Positions 17,209 through 25,952 of a stretch of 32,000 bases of DNA are shown piece after piece (position 1 is the first letter of the stretch; each line of letters starts with the position of its first letter). The notes beneath the pieces are model-generated. The model had not been told where the DNA came from, did not search any database, and saw only the letters and a program-made list of their open reading frames with translations. Both the position numbers and the translations under genes were made by a program. This DNA comes from Candidatus Brocadiaceae bacterium (lineage in GTDB: Bacteria; Planctomycetota; Brocadiia; Brocadiales; Brocadiaceae), in assembly GCA_039794405.1 (NCBI GenBank), contig JBDIVL010000002.1, positions 39,403 to 71,402 of the forward strand, given 5' to 3'.

Positions 17209-18453
17209 TTATGGATAATTTCTTAATATAAGAACAGCATGTGTTCCCCCTACACTATGACTATTTATAAGCGCTGTATCCATGGAAAATCGCCTTGCAT
17301 GGTTCGGAACATAGTCAAGATCACATTGAGGATCGGGTACAGCCAAATTCATCGTAGGAGGGATGATCCCATTTTTTAGACTAAGGGACGTTGCCACTAC
17401 TTGAAAACCACCTCCTGCAGCAAATGATTGGCCTGTCATAGATTTGACAGAACTTACGGGGATCTTATATGCACGGCTACCAAAGAATGTTTTAAATGCA
17501 TTCGTTTCTGCCACATCATAGCTAGGAATAGCATTTCCGTGAGCACAGATATAATCTATCTCTTCCTTTCTCATTTTGCTATTGATTAGCGCCTGTTCTA
17601 ATCCAATAACTAATCCTGTTCCACTTATATCATTTTGAAAAATATCTTGTGCATCACATGAAGTGGCATAAGATACAATTTCAGCATAAACATCTGCCCC
17701 TCTTTGTAAGGCATGATTCAATTCTTCAAGTACTATTGATGCTGCACCTTCACTCAGTACCATACCATCGCGATTTTTATCGTAAGGTCTAGATGCTTTC
17801 TCAGGTTCATCGTTTCTCTGTGAAAGAATCCCCAAGGCACATAATGCAGACATAATAAAGGGAAAAATAGGTGTGTCCGCACTCCCCACAATTGCTACAT
17901 CTACATCTCCTTGTTTTATCATCCTATAACCCCAATTTACAACTTCGAGCCCGGTTGAACATCCCGATGATAGCGTGGAATTAGGCCCGTTAATTTTTAG
18001 TTCCGAACAAATATAGCCTGTTGTTGCATGCGGTGTAAGTTCTGGAGCAGTAATACGGCTTACTGCCTGAGGTCCTGAATTGAAATATTTTCCGTACTGT
18101 ACTTCATATAAATCATTATCGGCCCCTAATGTAGTTCCAAAACACACGCCGCACCTATCTCTATTTTCCCTACTCAGATCAATATTAGAATCTGCAACCG
18201 CCATCTTTGATGCTGCAATACCAAAGGGGGTAAATCTTGCACTTCTTTTTACTATTTTCGGGTCAACATAATCACAAGGATCAAAGTCTCTTATCTCTCC
18301 CGCAATTCTTGTGCTAAGAGCAGATGGATCAAAGGATGTGATCCTCGATATGCCTGAACGTCCATTAATCAACGCATCCCAGTACGCATCTTTTCCAATA
18401 CCATTGGGTGCTAAGATTCCCAAACCAGTAATGACAACACGCCTTGTTACCAT
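17209..18453 (-). CDS. FabF-fold beta-ketoacyl-ACP synthase paralogue with Cys-His-Gln in place of Cys-His-His
   Basis: RRVVITGLGILAPNG; active-site Cys in GPNSTLSSGCSTG; first His in CAHGNAIPSYD. The KSMTGH motif reads KSMTGQSFAAGG, and NSFGFGG reads NSHSVGG. Confidence 0.85.
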   Translation of the reverse strand: MVTRRVVITGLGILAPNGIGKDAYWDALINGRSGISRITSFDPSALSTRIAGEIRDFDPCDYVDPKIVKRSARFTPFGIAASKMAVADSNIDLSRENRDRCGVCFGTTLGADNDLYEVQYGKYFNSGPQAVSRITAPELTPHATTGYICSELKINGPNSTLSSGCSTGLEVVNWGYRMIKQGDVDVAIVGSADTPIFPFIMSALCALGILSQRNDEPEKASRPYDKNRDGMVLSEGAASIVLEELNHALQRGADVYAEIVSYATSCDAQDIFQNDISGTGLVIGLEQALINSKMRKEEIDYICAHGNAIPSYDVAETNAFKTFFGSRAYKIPVSSVKSMTGQSFAAGGGFQVVATSLSLKNGIIPPTMNLAVPDPQCDLDYVPNHARRFSMDTALINSHSVGGTHAVLILRNYP

Positions 18454-18468
18454 AGGATCTTTCCTTCC

Positions 18469-20274
18469 TTAAAGAGTATCTTTATTTATTGAAGGAAAAT
18501 TTCTCTCTGCTATCCTTCTGCTATAGTCATTTATCCTTTGATAAACATCCCGAAGAAAGCTGTAGTCCGTAGTTAGTAAGGCTAAATCGCTTCTCATTTT
18601 AAACTCTTCCAATCCTTCTTGGCCTAAAAACCCGGCACTTCTTGCCGCAAGGCAGTGCTCATCTGAAACATTTACGGTATAACCCATTTCTCTAACTTTT
18701 CTCTCCATCAGACCGGCCATCTTTAACATATCCAAGTACTGCATCCCCTGTAAGGAAATATTTAGTTCAGGCCATGTACTTGGGTCCTTCGTAAGCTCAT
18801 ACTCATAGCGCAAAAATGTTTGGACATAATCACCAGGTAAGTCGAAACCATATCGATAAGGTTCTAATTGCCAGGATGTAGCAGGCAACGGTGTACCCGG
18901 AGTTATAAGAACAGAATCAGGCTTATAGTTTTCACCTTTTAGTCCCTGAAGGAAACATAAATTCTCTTCCAAGACTTGCTCATACGTTATGCCACTACCG
19001 TGAGGCAGCGGGCAAGGATAAATAAAACTTACACCCACATCAAGATGTTTCTTTTGATTGTAAGATGCCTGCTTCATGGCCTTAATCGTAAAATACATAT
19101 CCTCCATGCAATTACCTTTATGGATAACCTTTGAGAGTATCTCGTCATTAGCAACTTCAACACCCATGAAAACAGCCTTGAGTCCAGAACGTATTATTGA
19201 CTCGTAAACCTTAACCAACTCATCCATCCGCTCTTTTGCCCTGTTCTCTGCCCGGATAAACATTGAATATTCAATAATCAAACCCTCCTTTAATAATGCT
19301 TCGGCAATGCGCCTGCCCAGAGAAACAGGTGTTACGGAACCTGCAAATCTAAAGAGCCCGATACCCGTCTCATAAATTGTTTTCTTTATTTCATTGAGGG
19401 TTATATCAACATCTCGCGCTTGATATTTTCCCGTAATGTTTGGATGCGTACAAAAATTACACTTCCCGTAGTAACATCCCGAAGACTCGTTTATAACCGC
19501 TATGTTTACCTTCCCGTCATCCTTCTCATATAAGGGAAAAAGTTTTGAGTTTAACGGAACTCTTTGAATAGACGTCTCTTTCACTTTGCCACTACCATCC
19601 CTATATATCAAATTAAAGATCTCACCGGCTTCGGCAAGGGCAGTAATTCTTTTTATTACCTCAGGTTTTGCATATCCTTTAGAATACGACTCCCTTACTA
19701 TGTTCATGATCTTTGCCAAGGTTATCTCACCCTCAACATCTATACAAAAATCAAATGGGCTTTTCTCCAATGCATGTACCTTGAATTGGTTAACCTGCGG
19801 TCCACCGGCAATCACTAAAGTATTCGGGCTTGTTTTCTGAACTTTCCCGGCAAGCTTCTCTGCGTATGAAAACCTGTGGCCAAGCCATGTCTTGATTCCA
19901 AGCACTTTTACCTGATTTTCACATATTTTTTGAACCAGATCATCAATATACTTTTCCATTCTCCCTTTTAAAATCTCTGTGAGATTATCTTGAAGCGCAT
20001 CCCATTCCATCCTCAAAGAGGATGGAGCATCTCCTTTTCTTTCACGAAAAATTTGCTCAGAGAGTTCTGATAATCTTGGTGTGAGATTATTTCTTGTAAA
20101 TGATGTGTAAAATTCGATTCTTGCAGGATCTTCGATGGTAATGTTAAATCCAGCTTCTTTACATGTCCTGGCCAATGTTCCAATACCATTTTCTTTAAAA
20201 CAATCACTAACGGAATAGGCCTTTCCCATAAACGAATTCCAGAGCATAAGATCTATGCCATACAAATTATTCAT
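18469..20274 (-). CDS. B12-binding-domain (class B-like) radical SAM enzyme
   Basis: The N-terminal half is Rossmann-like (VLGIKTW...LVIAGGPQVN). The cluster motif GCYYGKCNFCTH lies at 19450-19476. The start was moved to the ATG at 20274, with GGAG 6 nt upstream. The product is 601 aa. Confidence 0.8.
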   Translation of the reverse strand: MNNLYGIDLMLWNSFMGKAYSVSDCFKENGIGTLARTCKEAGFNITIEDPARIEFYTSFTRNNLTPRLSELSEQIFRERKGDAPSSLRMEWDALQDNLTEILKGRMEKYIDDLVQKICENQVKVLGIKTWLGHRFSYAEKLAGKVQKTSPNTLVIAGGPQVNQFKVHALEKSPFDFCIDVEGEITLAKIMNIVRESYSKGYAKPEVIKRITALAEAGEIFNLIYRDGSGKVKETSIQRVPLNSKLFPLYEKDDGKVNIAVINESSGCYYGKCNFCTHPNITGKYQARDVDITLNEIKKTIYETGIGLFRFAGSVTPVSLGRRIAEALLKEGLIIEYSMFIRAENRAKERMDELVKVYESIIRSGLKAVFMGVEVANDEILSKVIHKGNCMEDMYFTIKAMKQASYNQKKHLDVGVSFIYPCPLPHGSGITYEQVLEENLCFLQGLKGENYKPDSVLITPGTPLPATSWQLEPYRYGFDLPGDYVQTFLRYEYELTKDPSTWPELNISLQGMQYLDMLKMAGLMERKVREMGYTVNVSDEHCLAARSAGFLGQEGLEEFKMRSDLALLTTDYSFLRDVYQRINDYSRRIAERNFPSINKDTL

Positions 20275-20435
20275 AGAAAACTCCGCAAAAATCAAAGTTA
20301 CACAAAAGGCATCTCCTTTTAGTTTTTTCTAACCCAAGTTCCCATCATATGTTTCCTAGCCCGGCAAAGCTGCAACTCAAATCCTTAATTCGAGTAATGG
20401 GGTATTGTTGTGAAAGAAACGCCAATATTCTGTCA

Positions 20436-20699
20436 CTAAACAGATTTCTTATCAATTTTTTGTTTTACCAGATTAGCCATCCCTTGTATGGTTAAATTCC
20501 TACTTGCTTCTTCATTAGAAATCTCTACATTAAACTCCGTTTCAATACTATATAATAAATTTATCATCTCGGCAGATTCTATACCGATATCATCAACGAT
20601 ATGTGAACTGATGGTAATATCCTCAGCATCCATCCTGAGTTCTCTTGATATGATTTTTTTAAGCCTTTCTACAATCAAATCTTCTGTAAGATTTTGCAT
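20436..20699 (-). CDS. Dedicated acyl carrier protein
   Basis: The protein is 87 aa, acidic, with a four-helix pattern. The phosphopantetheine-site region is DDIGIESAEMINLLYSIETEF, where the canonical form is D-S-L. Confidence 0.8.
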   Translation of the reverse strand: MQNLTEDLIVERLKKIISRELRMDAEDITISSHIVDDIGIESAEMINLLYSIETEFNVEISNEEASRNLTIQGMANLVKQKIDKKSV

Positions 20700-20732
20700 T
20701 ACCCGCCCTCCTAATTTACGTTATCAGATAGT

Positions 20733-21974
20733 TTAAAAAACTTTCTTAATCACGATAGTTGAATTATTGCCACCAAAACCAAAAGAGTTTGACATGGCAG
20801 CATTGATTTCCTTCTTTCTGGCTTTATTGGGTACATAGTCCAAATCGCATTCAGTATCTGCATTTTCTAAATTAATCGTAGGAGGGATTATGCTATTTTC
20901 CATAGCCAAGATACATGTTATAAGTTCTACTGCACCGGCAGCACCTATCAAATGTCCTGTCATTGACTTTGTTGAGCTTATCGGTATTTTATATGCATTG
21001 TCTCCAAAAACCGTTTTTATTGCTTTTGTCTCTCCACTATCATTTGCCAATGTTGATGTCCCATGTGCATTAATATAATCAATATCTTGAATATCCAGGT
21101 CGGCGTCTCCTATTGCCAAACGCATTGACTTGCATATCTGTATCCTGTCCTTTGAAGGCATGGTCATATGAAAGGCGTCACTGGTAGCTCCATAACCAGC
21201 TATCTCAGCATAGATATGCACACCTCTTTTTCTGGCATTTTCTTCCCTTTCTAGAATCAAAATGCCGGCACCCTCTCCCATTACAAATCCGTCCCTTTCC
21301 CTGTCAAAAGGCCTGCTCGCCTTTTCAGGCTGGTCATTTCTTTTTGACATAATTCTCAAGGAACAGAAAGCCGCAAGATTAAGCGGAAAAATGGGTGCCT
21401 CAACCCCGCCGGTTAAAACAAAATCAGCTTGGCCCGATTTGATTATATTTCTGGCAATTCCAATAGCTTGATTACCACTTGAACATGCCGTTGCACCAAC
21501 TAAACTTTGACCTGGAAGATTGAAAAAACCCGAGATTACATTTGAGGCATTTCTATTATCTTTAGGAGGCTTAGTCCGTAGGGTATAATTGTTTTTCTCT
21601 ATTGCGGTTTTTTCATCATAATATAATAAAGTTTCAATTCCTACCCCAATCAATACTCCAACCCTGTTTCTATCTATCCGAGAAAAATCCAGACCAGCAT
21701 CCTTTACTGCCATTTGAGCCGCTGCCAGGCCAAATTGTGAACACCTGCTCAAATTATTCGCCAACTCCTCGTGCATGTATTCTCCAGGGTTAAAATCCTT
21801 TACTTCTCCGGCAATTTTCGTAGGATAAGCTTCTGTATCAAACCTTGAGATACTTGATATCCCCGATTTGCCACTCATGGAAGACTTCCAGAATGAATCT
21901 ACTCCAATTCCAATTGGCGTAATAACTCCTATTCCGGTTACTACAACCCTATTCTTTTCCATTCGGTCGTTCAT
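20733..21974 (-). CDS. fabF: Canonical beta-ketoacyl-ACP synthase II (FabF type)
   Basis: All catalytic signatures are present: GATACSSGNQ, NAHGTSTLANDSGE, SSTKSMTGHLIGAAGAVE, NSFGFGGNN. The start is ambiguous (ATGs at 22016, 21992, 21974, 21962). Choosing 21974 gives 413 aa with MNDRMEKNRVVVTG. Confidence 0.85.
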   Translation of the reverse strand: MNDRMEKNRVVVTGIGVITPIGIGVDSFWKSSMSGKSGISSISRFDTEAYPTKIAGEVKDFNPGEYMHEELANNLSRCSQFGLAAAQMAVKDAGLDFSRIDRNRVGVLIGVGIETLLYYDEKTAIEKNNYTLRTKPPKDNRNASNVISGFFNLPGQSLVGATACSSGNQAIGIARNIIKSGQADFVLTGGVEAPIFPLNLAAFCSLRIMSKRNDQPEKASRPFDRERDGFVMGEGAGILILEREENARKRGVHIYAEIAGYGATSDAFHMTMPSKDRIQICKSMRLAIGDADLDIQDIDYINAHGTSTLANDSGETKAIKTVFGDNAYKIPISSTKSMTGHLIGAAGAVELITCILAMENSIIPPTINLENADTECDLDYVPNKARKKEINAAMSNSFGFGGNNSTIVIKKVF

Positions 21975-22102
21975 TTTAGATGAAACCCTCATTTGTTTAT
22001 TCGTTAATTCCACCATATCGCATACAATGAACAAAAGGAAAGTATATTTTTTAGCACCGCGTATATACTTTTTCGTGAATAGTCACTATTCCACCACTAC
22101 TG

Positions 22103-23332
22103 TCAAAAACGTTGAAAAACGAATGATACATTATTACCGGCATAATCGAAGTTATTTGAAAGCACGATATTAATGGGTCGGAAATCAGACCTTTTAAGAA
22201 TGGAAATTGATGTGCACTTTGGATCGATATTCTCAAGGTTGTTTGTTTGGGGTAAAATATGTTTTCTCAGGGATAACAATGAGAAAATTATGTTAATCGG
22301 ACCGGAAGCACCTATAGAGAATCCCAAACTACCTTTTGTTGAACTTACAGGGGTTTTCCGGTCATTATCACCTAAAATGGATTTTATTGCTTCTGCTTCC
22401 TCTACGTCTTCCCTTATCCCGGATATGCCACTCGCATGAACATAATCAACACTTACAGGATCAAGAGATGCAGAGGACAACGCCTGTTTTATACAAGAAA
22501 CCTTAGAATAGAAATTTGTATTTTTCTGGTTTTCAGAATTGTTATGACAATAAGAGGTTCCAAATCCAATGATCTCGCCATAAATACTGGCACCCCTTTT
22601 TTCTGCGCTCTGAAGTGTTTCCAGGACAACGATACCAGCCCCTTCACTCAGGATAAAGCCTTTTCTTGCAATATCAAAAGGACAGCTAGCCCGATTTGCA
22701 TCAGCACTATTTGGTTGAAATAAACCTTTAGGTCCTAATTCCTCAAAAACTCTTGGTAACAATGGTGCCTCAGTTCCACCCGCAACTATTGCATCGATAT
22801 TATGGCGTTGCAGTGTATTAAATGCCTGAATGATACTGTAATCCCCTGAACACCCACCACATGAAAATCCAACGTTAGGACCTTTAAGGTTTAATTCTAT
22901 TGCAACCTCACCTGACGGAGCATTTGCAAGATTATTTTGCATTAAGAGCGGATGAACCCTTCTCGGACCTTCAAGGTAAAGCACCTGAAGTTGTTTTTCG
23001 ATACTATAGAGTCCACTATAAGCACTGCCAATGAAAACACCAATTTTTTCCCTATCAAACTCTTCACCAATTTTTGCATCAGCTAATGCCATCTTCGCGG
23101 CAGCCAGGGCAAAACTCGCAAAACGATCGACTTTATCTTTTTTCGTTTCAGGAACGTATGTTTCGAGTTCCGGGCCGGATACTCTGCCAGCATATGTTCT
23201 TATATTAGCACCTTCTATCTCAAATTCCTTTATTCCCGATATACCAGACAGATATCTTTCCCAGTTTTCATGTATACCAACACCCAGCGGACTAACAATA
23301 CCAACGCCAGTAACTACTATTCGCTTTTTCAT
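22103..23332 (-). CDS. KS-fold protein lacking the canonical catalytic residues (chain-length-factor-like partner)
   Basis: The KS fold is clear (KKRIVVTGVGIVSPLG, SEGAGIVVLE). In an ungapped register, GPNVGFSCGGCSG places Gly at the catalytic Cys position of FabF GPSISIATACTSG. AHGTST reads HASGIS (His to Ser) and KSMTGH reads KGSLGF (His to Phe). Confidence 0.75.
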   Translation of the reverse strand: MKKRIVVTGVGIVSPLGVGIHENWERYLSGISGIKEFEIEGANIRTYAGRVSGPELETYVPETKKDKVDRFASFALAAAKMALADAKIGEEFDREKIGVFIGSAYSGLYSIEKQLQVLYLEGPRRVHPLLMQNNLANAPSGEVAIELNLKGPNVGFSCGGCSGDYSIIQAFNTLQRHNIDAIVAGGTEAPLLPRVFEELGPKGLFQPNSADANRASCPFDIARKGFILSEGAGIVVLETLQSAEKRGASIYGEIIGFGTSYCHNNSENQKNTNFYSKVSCIKQALSSASLDPVSVDYVHASGISGIREDVEEAEAIKSILGDNDRKTPVSSTKGSLGFSIGASGPINIIFSLLSLRKHILPQTNNLENIDPKCTSISILKRSDFRPINIVLSNNFDYAGNNVSFVFQRF

Positions 23333-23390
23333 GAGTCAGCCACTTTATTTCTCTTGCAAATTGTTCAAAATAAGACTTAAGAGTTTCTAT

Positions 23391-25529
23391 CTAAATGTAG
23401 TCTTTAAGAAAATCTGAAATAGGTAAAAAGACATAAACCTTACTACCTTTTCCCTCCTTAGAAGAGATATAGATAAATCCTTCATGTTCTTCAATTATTC
23501 TCTTGGATATTGAAAGTCCAAGTCCGATATTATGCGGCTTTGTTGTAAAGAAAGGAAGGAAGATGTTTTTGAGTTCATCCCGGGGAATACCGGCGCCCGT
23601 ATCCTGGATTATTACTTCAACGTACTTCAATGGTAACCCTTTCAACGCACTAGTACCATTGTATCTGCTATGAGACCCGCCATTATTGAGAAAACTATGT
23701 GATCCGGCAAGCCTCTTCTCATCCAGTAAGACATGTGAAATCTCAGCAGTCAATGTCCCGCCATCGGGCATAGCCTCTACTGCATTAAGCACCAGGTTTG
23801 CCAATACCTCTTCCAATTTTTCACAATCCCCTTGTATGGCTGCGGTTTCTTCCGCATACTTTTTCAGTAACTTGATATTGGATTCTGCCATCCTATCCCT
23901 ATAGGAGTCCAGCACCTGATCTAAGAGAAGCCTGATATCTGCTTTTCTTCTCATAAGATCTCTATTTTCTCCCAAAGTTGTCAGCTTTTTTGTCATAAGG
24001 TCGAGATTACTTACCTCTCTCCGCGCCACATGAGAAAATTGTTCCATAAACTCTTTATCTTCTATTTTTTCAGGGAACAAATCCATAAAGGTCTTAACAG
24101 CAACCAGGTGGTTTTTAACGTAATGGGCCATATTATTACTCAGCATGCTGAAGAACGCCTTTTTCTCGAGATCTTTTACCTTTAACTCCAGTTTCTTAAT
24201 CTCGTTTAAATCGGATAATACCATAATCGCGCCAAGTTCCCTGTCGGCATCTACCAGCAAGGATGTACTAACAGCATACGTAGAATGGGTTACCGGATCA
24301 CGAATCTCGCTCATCCTATAAGTTTTTTTATCTTTCAAGGTCCTCAAAATAACATCGGCAAAAACAGAACCGATATGTTTGACATCCTTCCCCAGCACTT
24401 CATGCGAGGGAATATGTAACATTTTTGAGGCGCTTTGATTAAAAGTATTAACCTTACCGTCACTATTTATAGCAATCACACCACAGGGAATATTTTCTAA
24501 GACGTTCTCATTATGAACCTTCCTGACATTTATTTCCTGGTAAAGAAATGCGTTCTCCACCGCCATACCTATATATCCTGCCAGCATAGATAACAATTCA
24601 ATATCTTCATCAAAATAGGCCTTTCCCGTAATCTTGTTTCCTAAGGCAATCACACTAATAATGTTCCCCTTAGCGAAGATCGGTATACACAGTTGTGCCT
24701 GCAAAAGGTTCATCTCTCTCTGTATCCTGATAGCCTCACGCCCGGTTAATCTTTCCGAAGCGATTTCTCTATCGATAACGTCCTTACTTAATATCTGATG
24801 GTTCCTGGTTAGCCATGACATAATACCATGCTCGTTTAAGAAGCAAATATCCCGAAATGCCCTTTCGTCTAAGCCAAGACAGCGATAAGGTCTGCTTATC
24901 CCTTCCTCCCTGTTTATCAATATGAACACTACCCTTCCAACCCTAAATATCTCAGCCAATGCCTCAACAGTAAGATCAACAAGCTTCTCAAGATTATATA
25001 CATGTGTTAACGCCTTCGAGAATTTCTGAAACACTTCCTTGTAGGTAAGGCGGATATCACCAGACCTCATTTGTTTATGAGAGGTCAATTCATCCGATAA
25101 TCCATTCTCTTTACTCATCGGCTTTAAATTTTTTACCTGCAATTGAGTAAAATTCAACACTCGTTTTAATTCCTGCCTTTCTAAAGCCCTTTCTAAAGCC
25201 TGTTGTATCATCTCCTTTTTCAGAGGTTTTTCAAGAAGTTCATAAGGTCTTACTCTTAAGGCTTCTTCAGATAATACTGGCTGGGCTGCAGGAACTATTG
25301 CAATAATCGTTGGATCAATTTCTATTTGCCGAAGATTCTCGATGAGTTTATTAGCCCCGTCGTCACGTAAAATAACATCCAGGAAAGCCACATCAATGTC
25401 TTTTCTAAGGAATATCTGTAATGCTTCTTCGGATGTTTTTGCGGTGTGAATTATACAGTCTCTGTTAAGAGACCTTTTGAGGAAGTTGTGAATGGAATTA
25501 TCATTTGAGATCACCAGAAATGAATGCAT
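23391..25529 (-). CDS. Hybrid sensor kinase: N-terminal receiver, GAF, PAS, HisKA, HATPase_c
   Basis: Receiver features are FLVISND...DVAFLDV. The H-box-like motif is MAHYVKNHL and the ATPase motifs are DTGAGIP...FLPFFTTKPHNIGLGLSISKRII. The start was moved to the ATG at 25529, preceded on the minus strand by G8 and a 7-nt spacer. Confidence 0.85.
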   Translation of the reverse strand: MHSFLVISNDNSIHNFLKRSLNRDCIIHTAKTSEEALQIFLRKDIDVAFLDVILRDDGANKLIENLRQIEIDPTIIAIVPAAQPVLSEEALRVRPYELLEKPLKKEMIQQALERALERQELKRVLNFTQLQVKNLKPMSKENGLSDELTSHKQMRSGDIRLTYKEVFQKFSKALTHVYNLEKLVDLTVEALAEIFRVGRVVFILINREEGISRPYRCLGLDERAFRDICFLNEHGIMSWLTRNHQILSKDVIDREIASERLTGREAIRIQREMNLLQAQLCIPIFAKGNIISVIALGNKITGKAYFDEDIELLSMLAGYIGMAVENAFLYQEINVRKVHNENVLENIPCGVIAINSDGKVNTFNQSASKMLHIPSHEVLGKDVKHIGSVFADVILRTLKDKKTYRMSEIRDPVTHSTYAVSTSLLVDADRELGAIMVLSDLNEIKKLELKVKDLEKKAFFSMLSNNMAHYVKNHLVAVKTFMDLFPEKIEDKEFMEQFSHVARREVSNLDLMTKKLTTLGENRDLMRRKADIRLLLDQVLDSYRDRMAESNIKLLKKYAEETAAIQGDCEKLEEVLANLVLNAVEAMPDGGTLTAEISHVLLDEKRLAGSHSFLNNGGSHSRYNGTSALKGLPLKYVEVIIQDTGAGIPRDELKNIFLPFFTTKPHNIGLGLSISKRIIEEHEGFIYISSKEGKGSKVYVFLPISDFLKDYI

Positions 25530-25952
25530 TGGCAGACCCCCCCCTCTTCCCAATTACCTGTAAAAGTATTTGTACTTATTACAATAGGCAGATGAAATGA
25601 ATGATGTCTGAGTAAAAAATGGTATAGATTTATAGAGTATGATACCCAGAATGTCCACCATTGTCAATAACGAGTGTTTTATATAAGTTAAATAACCTCA
25701 AAATAAAATATCATAGAGCATTGCAAAACTTCCCGAAAAACAGAGAGCTTCTAAAGCCTACAACAGTGACATTCTGTTTTTATAAGACTATAGTTTACTG
25801 AAAAATTAAATTTTTATTGTTTTTATCGTCAAAATATATTACTTTTTTAGGGCTTTTCCAAATAATTTTTTCACCTTTTATCAGGTAGAATAAAATCATT
25901 GTATGAGATTGGCATTAAAAATCTGAATTCATAATTGGAGGAACTACTATAT
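25530..25952. promoter_or_regulatory. AT-rich divergent control region between the kinase/KS operon and the HD-GYP/FadL operon
   Basis: This 423-bp spacer separates divergently oriented genes and has no credible ORF. Individual promoter hexamers could not be assigned with confidence. Confidence 0.4.

Noticed and set aside
21975-22034. Upstream TTG or ATG starts for the canonical KS; similar TTG starts appear in the ORF track at 20295, 25553, 25935 and 12114.
   Set aside because: In-frame downstream starts have better Shine-Dalgarno spacing and give N-termini matching family norms (for example MNDRMEKNRVVVTG and a 413-aa FabF length). The exact KS start remains ambiguous.
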